14,159 bases of DNA from Candidatus Pyrohabitans jungbluthii (GCA_002010065.2 MTMD02000004.1:1-14159), one strand, 5' to 3'; positions 1 through 7,569 are shown, counted from the first letter of the stretch. Notes: generated by a model from the sequence alone, not told the origin. Translations and numbers: made by a program.

Positions 1-86
1 ACGACAAGGAGTTCGAGCAGGCGGCGGACAAGCTTCTGGTGGTGGAGAAGAAGGCGGGTGTTTCGCGGGTGATTGAGGCTACCTAG
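1..86 (+). CDS. rad50: 3' end of a Rad50/SbcC-type SMC-family ATPase (partial)
   Basis: The frame from nt 3 reads DKEFEQAADKLLVVEKKAGVSRVIEAT*. This resembles the archaeal Rad50 C-terminus after the H-loop (THD-x-E...AAD...V...G-x-S-x-V). Stop TAG at 84-86. Confidence 0.75.
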   Translation, partial: DKEFEQAADKLLVVEKKAGVSRVIEAT

Positions 87-1120
87 CGCCTGTGCAGCAC
101 CATATCCACCAGCCCGACTGCGCCGGTCATCATCACGTCTCCAGCGGGAGAAGCGAACTCCACCTTTAGCGAGGAGTTGCGAAGCATACCGCGGTTTGGG
201 CCGGTGACCATTATCCTCTTCACCCTATCTATACCAACGCCCTCGCGAATCACGCACCCATGCCCGGAGTCGTTGTATACCTCCTCGTTGGTAAGCTTAC
301 CCTCGGCGAAGCGCACTACAAGCTGCTCCAGCTTTTCCTTATTTAGCAGCGATGTGTGGTGCTCCATGAAGCCTGCGACGCGGTTATCCTCATCCACAAG
401 CGCAACGAGGGTGTGGCCGTTGCCCACATCTATGGATATTGCCGGGCGCTCCTCTATGCCATGGAGCGCGCCCACTATCGCAGCTATCTTCGAATCTGCG
501 ATGAAAGGCTTAGCCTGAGTTTCCCTCTCTATCAACCGCCTCACGGCGCACATTCGGGTATAGTACTCCGGTGGCGACTCATAACCCAAATCGAGCATGT
601 GCTTGCGTTGCTTCACAAACTCTGCAATCTTCTCAAATCGGAAAACGCGATCCGACTTACCGCGAGGCGCTCTGCCGTGGTCCTGCACGGCTACAGCGAA
701 ATAATCAAAGCTGAAGGGCTCACCCACCTGTGTAAGTATGCTCCGGAATAGCTCAAAGTCAATGTCCCCGGTCTCCAGCTTGGCGAAGCCGTTGAGCTTT
801 TCCACCTCCTCCTCTGGGATTACCTCAATCCCCATCTCCTTGACTTGCTCTAAATCGTCGCGCACACTCATCGCAGCGCGGGGTGTCATAACCACACGGT
901 AGCCCCTGCGCAGATGCTCTGCCAGAGCAAATGCGAGAGGACCACCGCCCATGGTTTCGCCGGTTAAAAGCAGGTCGCTGGCTGTGCTTGCCACCTTTGC
1001 GGCGAGTATACGCGTGGGCGAGGGAAGCACAAGCTTCGGGTTATTCTCCAGGTTGCGCGAGGAGTCGAAGACCAGCACATCCTGCGTGCCCATGCCTACA
1101 TCTATGGCAAAAATTCGCAC
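83..1120 (-). CDS. DUF1786-family protein, ASKHA (actin/sugar kinase/Hsp70)-like fold, function unknown
   Basis: Motifs IDVGMGTQD (phosphate-1-like), GETMGGGP, AVQDHG, DRVFRF, IDVGNGHT (phosphate-2-like), EHHT, GHG and GDVMMTG. Probable start is GTG at 1120 (VRIFAIDVG) rather than ATG 1159. Confidence 0.8.
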   Translation of the reverse strand: MRIFAIDVGMGTQDVLVFDSSRNLENNPKLVLPSPTRILAAKVASTASDLLLTGETMGGGPLAFALAEHLRRGYRVVMTPRAAMSVRDDLEQVKEMGIEVIPEEEVEKLNGFAKLETGDIDFELFRSILTQVGEPFSFDYFAVAVQDHGRAPRGKSDRVFRFEKIAEFVKQRKHMLDLGYESPPEYYTRMCAVRRLIERETQAKPFIADSKIAAIVGALHGIEERPAISIDVGNGHTLVALVDEDNRVAGFMEHHTSLLNKEKLEQLVVRFAEGKLTNEEVYNDSGHGCVIREGVGIDRVKRIMVTGPNRGMLRNSSLKVEFASPAGDVMMTGAVGLVDMVLHRR

Positions 1121-1205
1121 CGAAGGCTCAGAAAGAGTATTATGTGTAGAAGGCAGCATAGTTTAATATTGCAGATTCCCATAGTAAACATTACTGAGAT
1201 GCCAT

Positions 1206-3188
1206 ATGATAGCACGAGTGATTTTTGCTCCCATTGCAAGAGGTTTAGTGTACCTGATAGAGAAAGATAAAGAGGATAGAAGCACATATGTTCTTCTATT
1301 CTCTACAGCCACAGTGCTCTTGGCGTCTCTTTTCCTCTACCTCTCCCTCACCCAGGATCCATACTCAGCGGGGTTGAAAATTGGGCTGATCGTAACCCTG
1401 CTGCTGAGCGCACTCTCCGGAGAGGTGCTGCGCCACCTTGCCTCTGCCTCGGAAATAAAACGTGTCCTCGACGCCAGCCTCGACTTTGTGGTTTATGCCT
1501 CTGCGCTTTACTCCTTCTCCATGGCAATAAATCCGCCTCTCCTCCTGCCATGGGTGGGCCTCCGGGAGTACATGCTTCTCTTTCTCCTTCTCGTGGCAGG
1601 CGCTGTGTTACATGCAAAATACGGTGCCGAGGTAACCCGCTGGCTGAGCCTCAGAGCGGAGAGGCTCTTAATTTTCACCCTGTTTCTTATCGCGGGATTC
1701 TACTACTCAGCATTTGAGGCTAGCATGCTTCTCGGGCTTGGATTCCTTGTGGGTGTATTATACTTAAGCGTTGTTTTGAGGCAGCTCGCGAGGGTAAATG
1801 TAAGTCTCCCAAGGCTCAGGTTGAGCCCTCTGAAAGGCATGCTGAAACTTTCTCTCAAGATTTCTTTCAGGTTGCTCTCTGCCTCAGCAGGAGCCCTGCG
1901 CACGCTCTTCTATGCAATAGGTGGGATTTTTAGCAGAAAGCGAGCCCACGTGGAGCAGGAGGAGCCAGAGGAAGAGTTTGAGGAGCCGTATAGGGGGCAC
2001 AGGTTTACAGTGATGATAACCGATGAGATGGAGAATCCCATCTCTGGTGCGAGGGTGGTAATTCAGAATAAAGATACAGGACTGGAGGAGGTTCGAGTAA
2101 GCGACTCCAGTGGCAGGTGCACCTTTGAAGGGATTGCTCCGGGGCTGTATCGTATTATCATAGATGGTGAGGGAATAGCACCAGAGGAGCACGAGCGCTA
2201 CATAAGCATGGACCACGGCGAGGTTTTCGCAGTAAAATTAAAAGCCAGCGACCTGAGCGTGGTGGTTAGCCGCCGCGGACTGGGCACGCCTGTGAAAGAT
2301 GCACGAGTGGTGCTCATAAGCGATGGCTCTCGGAAGGAGGCAAGAACCAATAACCTGGGCGTAGCCTACTTCGACTCCCTCGAGGTAAAGGAGTATCTTC
2401 TGGAAGTTGAGGCCGCAGGCTATGAGAGGTACTCGAGACCTATAAGCCTCTTCGCGGAGAATGTCGTCGCTGTAGCGCTTGAACCAAAACAGGAGACAAA
2501 GGCGGAGGTGCCTCAGAAAGAAGCTGAGGCAGAATCACAAGCAGAAGAGGTGGAAGCTGAACCAGAGGCTAAGCCCAAGAGGACTAAGCCTCCTGCCGAA
2601 AAGAAGGCTCCCAAGGAAGAGGAGCCTGCCGCTGAAGAGATCGAGATAACCCCCGAGGAAGAGGAGGTTATTTTTGGCGAGTCTGCGCTAATTGAGTACA
2701 CCTCTGACGCCAGGCTGAGCGAGGTGGTGGCGAGCATAGTGAGGGAGCATATTGCAAATGAGCGCGATGTGTTTCTTGTGAGCATGCAGCCCCGCACTGA
2801 GGCGTATCGCCGGGAGTTTGCCAAGCTGATAGGCGAGGGCAGGGTGAGAGTGATAAACCTGGCTACTAAGGGCTCGCCACCAAAGAGCGACTCGGGGATA
2901 GAGGAGGTGCCAATCTCTAACCTTGAGTACTTCAATGCCGTGTTTGAGGAGATGCCCGCAGGTGCGCTTTTCATCTTTGAGCCTCTGTCAAGTGTGGTTC
3001 TCACCCTTGGTGCAGAGCATGCGTACCGCTTTATCTCTCGTACCGCCGAGCACCTGAGCAACGAGGGGCTCTTCTTCATCTGCTTTATCAATAAGGAGAT
3101 GCACAGCGCTAAGGAGATCTCAAGCTTCAGAGAGCTTTTCATGAATGTTGCGGAGATAAAGGATGGAAGGATAAGAAGGGTTAGGTGA
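1206..3188 (+). CDS. Multidomain membrane protein: degenerate CDP-alcohol phosphotransferase-like TM domain, two carboxypeptidase-regulatory-like beta-sandwiches, acidic linker, inactive KaiC/RecA-like (DUF835-type) C-terminal domain
   Basis: About 6 hydrophobic segments in aa 28-191. SALSGEVLRHLASASEIKRVLDASLD is in register with DxxDGxxAR-x8-GxxxDxxxD, followed later by RAERL. Repeats NPISGARV..SDSSGRCTF..PGLYRI and TPVKDARV..TNNLGVAYF..EYLLEVEAAGY. E/K/P-rich aa 428-488. C-terminal GESALIEY.. and LFIFEPLSSVV..AYRFI..MHSAKEISSFRELF. Confidence 0.7.
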   Translation: MIARVIFAPIARGLVYLIEKDKEDRSTYVLLFSTATVLLASLFLYLSLTQDPYSAGLKIGLIVTLLLSALSGEVLRHLASASEIKRVLDASLDFVVYASALYSFSMAINPPLLLPWVGLREYMLLFLLLVAGAVLHAKYGAEVTRWLSLRAERLLIFTLFLIAGFYYSAFEASMLLGLGFLVGVLYLSVVLRQLARVNVSLPRLRLSPLKGMLKLSLKISFRLLSASAGALRTLFYAIGGIFSRKRAHVEQEEPEEEFEEPYRGHRFTVMITDEMENPISGARVVIQNKDTGLEEVRVSDSSGRCTFEGIAPGLYRIIIDGEGIAPEEHERYISMDHGEVFAVKLKASDLSVVVSRRGLGTPVKDARVVLISDGSRKEARTNNLGVAYFDSLEVKEYLLEVEAAGYERYSRPISLFAENVVAVALEPKQETKAEVPQKEAEAESQAEEVEAEPEAKPKRTKPPAEKKAPKEEEPAAEEIEITPEEEEVIFGESALIEYTSDARLSEVVASIVREHIANERDVFLVSMQPRTEAYRREFAKLIGEGRVRVINLATKGSPPKSDSGIEEVPISNLEYFNAVFEEMPAGALFIFEPLSSVVLTLGAEHAYRFISRTAEHLSNEGLFFICFINKEMHSAKEISSFRELFMNVAEIKDGRIRRVR

Positions 3189-3200
3189 GGTTCTATAAGA

Positions 3201-3869
3201 CTAATACCCCTCGTATAGGCGCTGTGCAAGAATCGCAGGCAAACCCGCGCGTAGTATGTCCTTTGCCACCCTCGAAATGTCGTACTTCACCCTGACTATC
3301 TCCACCTCCAGCGTTGCGAGGTCTATACATGCGAAGCTCGCCCTCGGATCGCCATCACGAGGTTGCCCCACACTGCCAGGGTTAACAATAAGCGTGCCTC
3401 CAAGCTTTCGTGAGAAGGGTATGTGCGTGTGCCCCATCGCTAATACAGCGCGAGAAGCAAGCTTCAGGAATGCGCTGAGCACTTCCTCCGGGTAATCTGG
3501 GTAAACATACTCCTCCAGCTTGCGGCGCGGGCTGCCGTGCACTGCGTAAACTTCATTTTTAATCTCCAGCGGCAGCGATGCAAGGTATGCAAGCTCCTCT
3601 CTGCGAAGCTGTTCGCGGGTCCACTCTATAGCTCTTGCAGCCACCGGGTTGAACCAGGCTGTATCTCCTGTTACCACAGCATGGTCGTGATTTCCCAGCA
3701 CTGAGGCGATGCGCTTCTCTCTCAAAAGCTCAATCACTTCCCTGGGGTAAGGGTTGTAGCCTACCACATCGCCAAGGTGAATGGTCTTTGCCCTGGGAAG
3801 CTCATCTAGCACTGCCTCTAACGCGGGGAGATTCGCATGTATGTCCGCGATCAAATTCAGCTTTGCCAC
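3201..3869 (-). CDS. Calcineurin-like metallophosphoesterase (YfcE/PPP-like family)
   Basis: Complete motif set: DIHAN, GDVVGY, GNHD, HGSP, GHTH, NPGSVGQPRDGDPRAS. Start is probably GTG 3869 (a TATA-like element lies about 25 nt upstream); ATG 3896 is the alternative. Confidence 0.9.
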   Translation of the reverse strand: MAKLNLIADIHANLPALEAVLDELPRAKTIHLGDVVGYNPYPREVIELLREKRIASVLGNHDHAVVTGDTAWFNPVAARAIEWTREQLRREELAYLASLPLEIKNEVYAVHGSPRRKLEEYVYPDYPEEVLSAFLKLASRAVLAMGHTHIPFSRKLGGTLIVNPGSVGQPRDGDPRASFACIDLATLEVEIVRVKYDISRVAKDILRAGLPAILAQRLYEGY

Positions 3870-3893
3870 GGTTATGCTTTTAACCCTTGAGAG

Positions 3894-3907
3894 CATAAAC
3901 CTTTTTG
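3894..3907 (-). promoter_or_regulatory. Putative BRE/TATA promoter for the metallophosphoesterase
   Basis: Minus strand reads CAAAAAGGTTTATG, about 25 nt upstream of GTG 3869, which fits leaderless archaeal spacing. Confidence 0.45.
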
Positions 3908-3946
3908 GCTGGTTACCCGTCTCGCGTAGCGATAGGGGGACGAAGG

Positions 3947-5635
3947 ATGCTCGTTAAAAGCTTCAGAGCACTGCTGTACCTCGAAAGGAGAGAAGCAACT
4001 TTTCTCTTCGTCGTGTATCTTCTTGGTCTTGGGCTGAGGCTTATCCCAAGGCTGAGCGTGGATCCGCATCTGCTCACCTTTCAGGGTGACATTTGGTACC
4101 GCCTAGCTATGGCGCAGTACATTTTAGATTATCATGCCCTGCCTGAGCCAGACCTCAGGTATCGGACCTATGGCTATGTTCCCATGTGGTATCCTCCGCT
4201 CGCGCCAGTGCTTTTTGCGCTGGGAAACTTGGCTTTTGGAGTTGACCTGCCTACGCTGTGCTCCCGGGTGCTCCCCTTTCTGGAAGCTGCCACCCCCCTT
4301 TCTATCTACTTCCTTGCTAGGCACCTCGCCGGAAGGTTCGCCGCAGCAGTCGCAACCATCACCCTCGCTTTAACCCCAAGCTTTGTGTTCTGGAGTGGCA
4401 TCGCCGACCCCCAGAGCTTCACCCTCTTCGCCATACCCCTCTACATCCTCTACTGGATGTGGTATGCCAACACGAGGGAGATTCTGGGCAGCAGGAAAGC
4501 GATCTATCTCGTTATACTAGGCGTAGCTCTTGGTATAAACTTCCTGCTCCACCTCTCCTACTTCCTGGTTCTCCTCTCTCTGCTGATGGTGAGCATTGGG
4601 CTCATTATCAAAAAAGAGGCAAAAGCTAGCCTGCTCCTAGACCTCATAGCTGTTATCGCCATCTCGCAGGCATTCGCTGCCCCGTGGTGGCTTCCGCGCA
4701 ATCTGTACTGGTGGTGGATTAATGCGCTCGTTACAAGCAGCGGGATGTACCCTGTGGAACGCCAGCTGGAAGAGTACGGCATAATCGCCGCTTTGCTAGG
4801 CTTCGCTGGTATGCTCTACCTGCTCCTCCGCTCCCCACGCAAGCACGCGCCCCTGCTCCTCTGGGCGCTGCCGATTTTTCTTGAAACCCAGAACGAGGTT
4901 ATTCTGAATGCGCTGGGAAGGGTGGACCTTACCTGGCATACTCTGGCGAAGCCCCTTGAAGGCTTCCGCTTTTACCCCTTCCTCGCTCAGCCCGTTGCGA
5001 TTGCTGTGGGAATTTTAGCAAGCGATGCGATGAGGTGGGTTACCCTGAGCCGCGCACAGGGTGACAGAGCGAAACACTGGAGAGGCGCCCGCAACTTTGT
5101 ACTCCTAGCTTTAGCAGGGCTACTTCTTGCAGGTTGCTACGAGTATGGCTTGGACTCCCGCTTCCTCGCCTCAGGGCTTGTGCCGGAGGAGTACCAGGCA
5201 GCGCTCTGGTTCAGAGATAACACAGGCGAAGAGGCGAAGATAATTGCCGACTACTACCGCGCTCAGATGTTCGCAGGTGTAACCGCAGGCAGGGCTTTGC
5301 TTGGAGGAATGTTCCCACTGCGGAATGTAGACTATCCCTACATAAAAGCCCCGGGGCAGGTGCAGAACGATCTCTACATACTCTACAACACCTCTTCATC
5401 GAGAGAAGCCTGGGAAATTGCAAAGCGCTACAACGCTACGCACATCTTCTACTCCAGAAACATGGAAAAGTACGGCAATCTGTTGAGCTACTTCAAGCCT
5501 GCCACAGAGTATGGCGTTGAGGTAGACTTAGAGAAATTCGAGGATGTGAGTTACTTCATAAAGGTGTACGACAGCAATAAAAGCGGTCTGGGCGAGGTTA
5601 GGATATACAAGGTCAGAGTTTATGTTGAGCCTTGA
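3947..5635 (+). CDS. GT-C fold polytopic membrane glycosyltransferase (STT3/AglB/PMT-like)
   Basis: Many TM helices. First loop has GDIWYR...YPPL; other motifs are ADPQ and FRFYPFL. The C-terminal soluble domain ALWFRDNT..IIADYYRA..EAWEIAKRYNATHIF resembles the STT3 C-terminal core. ATG 3947 follows a GGGGGA RBS-like element. Confidence 0.75.
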   Translation: MLVKSFRALLYLERREATFLFVVYLLGLGLRLIPRLSVDPHLLTFQGDIWYRLAMAQYILDYHALPEPDLRYRTYGYVPMWYPPLAPVLFALGNLAFGVDLPTLCSRVLPFLEAATPLSIYFLARHLAGRFAAAVATITLALTPSFVFWSGIADPQSFTLFAIPLYILYWMWYANTREILGSRKAIYLVILGVALGINFLLHLSYFLVLLSLLMVSIGLIIKKEAKASLLLDLIAVIAISQAFAAPWWLPRNLYWWWINALVTSSGMYPVERQLEEYGIIAALLGFAGMLYLLLRSPRKHAPLLLWALPIFLETQNEVILNALGRVDLTWHTLAKPLEGFRFYPFLAQPVAIAVGILASDAMRWVTLSRAQGDRAKHWRGARNFVLLALAGLLLAGCYEYGLDSRFLASGLVPEEYQAALWFRDNTGEEAKIIADYYRAQMFAGVTAGRALLGGMFPLRNVDYPYIKAPGQVQNDLYILYNTSSSREAWEIAKRYNATHIFYSRNMEKYGNLLSYFKPATEYGVEVDLEKFEDVSYFIKVYDSNKSGLGEVRIYKVRVYVEP

Positions 5636-5672
5636 GTGCATTGTATGTTGCAGCTTACCAAAATTGCCATAA

Positions 5673-5867
5673 TTACTGCTTTAGTCTCTCTACAACCTTT
5701 GTGATAACTTCCTCGGTTTTCTCTGATTTAAAATGTCCCACTTGGTAAAGGATAATTTACGATCGGTGGTGATTCGTAATTTGACAGAGAATTAAGTCAT
5801 CACATTCCAATACAGCTAAAACAAGGGCAGGACGCCTTTTCCTCTGTGTAAGGTCTGAGAAAGGAAA
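5673..5867 (-). pseudogene. PemK/MazF-family toxin remnant
   Basis: Minus strand translates FPFSDLTQRKRRPALVLAVLECDDLILCQITNHHRS*IILYQVGHFKSEKTEEVITKVVERLKQ*. FPFSD..KRRPALV..ILCQIT is the PemK/MazF signature. The N-terminus and central part are missing, and there is an internal TAA at 5757-5759. Confidence 0.85.
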
Positions 5868-6010
5868 GCCTGCCAAGCTTCATCCTCCTCTGGTCAAAGC
5901 CAGTCTTTTAAGAGATGATTCACTGGTAATGGCGATTTCAAATCTAAATCTCAAATCTAATGAAGTCTATCATCTCCTCCAGAAGTGCATCTGACACATG
6001 TCAATTTTCC
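5868..6010 (-). pseudogene. DUF2281-like antitoxin remnant
   Basis: Fragments in different frames: HVSDALLEEMIDFIRF / FEIAITSESSLK / KDWL*PEEDEAWQ. These match the ..EEVLDFIxFL..SESSLxKDWLxPEEDEAW pattern of small proteins found upstream of PemK toxins. Frameshifts and stops are present. Confidence 0.75.
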
Positions 6011-6041
6011 GGTAAGATACCAGAGCTTCAACATTCCAAAC

Positions 6042-6488
6042 TCACAACGCCTTAATCACGTCCCCCCGCGTTATTATGCCCATCAGCTTCTCACCCCTGA
6101 CTACAGGCAGGCGGTTTATGTTGTGCTTTGCCATTAATCGCGCCGCCTCCTCAACGCTTGCCTCCTCATCTATGGTTATCACCTTGCGGGTCATAACGTC
6201 TTTCACCTTAGAGGCAGCAAGCTTTTTTACCGTCTCCTCCAGCTTCCGGTGCATCTTTATCGGCAGCTCTATCAGGTCGAAGGGGCTGGGAAGTATAAGG
6301 TTGAGGCTCATATCGTCCTGAAAGAGCCTCATCAGGTCAGCCTCGCTGAGTATCCCTACTATTCTCTCTCCCTCAACCACAGGAGCACCGCTGATTTTGT
6401 TCTCTCTCAGTAGCTTCGCAGCCTCTCCTATGCTCGACTCGGGGGTAAGGGTTATAACCTCACGTGTCATCACATCCTTAACCTTCAA
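6042..6488 (-). CDS. Stand-alone CBS-domain pair protein
   Basis: Two CBS repeats (KVKDVMTREVIT..ISGAPVV..GILSEADL; KVKDVMTRKVIT..INRLPVV..GIITRGDV). TTG start with GGAGG upstream, 12 nt after the argC stop. Confidence 0.92.
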   Translation of the reverse strand: MKVKDVMTREVITLTPESSIGEAAKLLRENKISGAPVVEGERIVGILSEADLMRLFQDDMSLNLILPSPFDLIELPIKMHRKLEETVKKLAASKVKDVMTRKVITIDEEASVEEAARLMAKHNINRLPVVRGEKLMGIITRGDVIKAL

Positions 6489-6500
6489 AATTCTGCCCTC

Positions 6501-7535
6501 CTATGGGTGGATCCCCACGCTTCTCAATCCCTCCTCCTCGCGGAAGCCCAGCATTATGTTCATGTTCTGCACCGCCTGCCCTGAAGCGCCTTTTACCAGA
6601 TTGTCTATCGCTGAGACGACTATAACCCTTTCACGCTCCCCGTCAATGGCGAAGCCGCCTATGTCGGTGAAGTTTGAGCCTCGCACAGCGCTCAAGCGGG
6701 GTACCTCACCTACGTCGAGCACGCGCACAAAGGGTTCATTCATGTAGTACTCCTCGTAGAGCTTCCTAACCTCTTCAGGGCTGAGCTCTTGGGTGAGGAA
6801 GCAGTGCAGTGTGCTCGTAAGTCCACGAATGACTGGTACAATGTGTGGGACGAAGGACACTCTCACCTCACTGGAGAAGCGGCGAAGCTCCTGCTCTATC
6901 TCAGGCAGGTGCTGATGCGCCGTCATTTTATAGGCGAGCACGCTCTCAGCGGCGTTTGGAAAATGAGTGGTCTCTCTGGGTTTGTTTCCTGCGCCAGAGA
7001 TTCCGCTCTTGGCATCGGCAACTATATGGGGGGCATCTATAACCCCTGCCTTAAGCAGCGGCACAAGTCCAAGGATAATGCTCGTTGGGTAGCAGCCAGG
7101 GTTTGCCACCAGCTCAGCGCGCCTTATCTCTTTCCTGTGAAGCTCAGGTAAACCATAGGCTGCCCTAATATCAGGAGCGACATGCTTCTTTCCATAGTAC
7201 CTCTCGTACACCGCAACGTCCTCGAAACGAAAGTCACCGCTCAGGTCTACAACGCGCACGCCATGCTCCAGAAGGGTGGGCACTATCTCCATGCTCGCTC
7301 CGTGAGGTGTGGCGCAGAAGACGAGGTCGCAGCGCTCAGCAACGCGCTCGTAGGGGATATCCTCAAAGCTCAGGTTGAGCACGCGGCGCAAGTTGGGGTG
7401 CACCTTGTAAGCAGGCTTGCCAGCATGCATGCGAGAGGTAATACAGGCTATCTCTACCTCGCTGTGCTGCGCCAGGATGCGGAGAAGCTCACCGCCAGTG
7501 TAGCCAGAGGCGCCGACTATGCCAACCTTTACCAT
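6501..7535 (-). CDS. argC: N-acetyl-gamma-glutamyl-phosphate reductase
   Basis: GASGYTGGELLRIL, DLSGDFR, YGLPE, catalytic ANPGCYPT, SGISGAG, HQHLPEI and DNLVKGASGQAVQNMN. Probable start ATG 7535 (MVKVGIVG). Confidence 0.95.
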   Translation of the reverse strand: MVKVGIVGASGYTGGELLRILAQHSEVEIACITSRMHAGKPAYKVHPNLRRVLNLSFEDIPYERVAERCDLVFCATPHGASMEIVPTLLEHGVRVVDLSGDFRFEDVAVYERYYGKKHVAPDIRAAYGLPELHRKEIRRAELVANPGCYPTSIILGLVPLLKAGVIDAPHIVADAKSGISGAGNKPRETTHFPNAAESVLAYKMTAHQHLPEIEQELRRFSSEVRVSFVPHIVPVIRGLTSTLHCFLTQELSPEEVRKLYEEYYMNEPFVRVLDVGEVPRLSAVRGSNFTDIGGFAIDGERERVIVVSAIDNLVKGASGQAVQNMNIMLGFREEEGLRSVGIHP

Positions 7536-7555
7536 GGTGAGAAATAAGCATGCCA

Positions 7556-7569
7556 CAATATAACCTTTA
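7556..7569 (-). promoter_or_regulatory. Putative BRE/TATA promoter for argC-CBS
   Basis: Minus strand reads TAAAGGTTATATTG, with the TATA core about 23-28 nt upstream of ATG 7535. Confidence 0.5.

Noticed and set aside
177-1287. Short overlapping ORFs around DUF1786, and similar 60-130 aa ORFs inside argC, DHH, yeeE, tatC and purP
   Set aside because: They overlap well-supported genes and show no motifs or translation signals.
2487-2669. GAG/GAA-rich low-complexity stretch as a tandem repeat or CRISPR-like array
   Set aside because: There is no fixed repeat unit; it encodes an E/K/P/A linker.
2513-3229. 238-aa minus-strand Ser-rich ORF
   Set aside because: It is the antisense mirror of the Glu-rich part of the 660-aa gene.
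5636-6041. Gap as an ncRNA, IS/MITE or replication origin
   Set aside because: No terminal inverted repeats, ORB-like boxes or tRNA fold were seen, and the sequence is explained by the TA pseudogenes.
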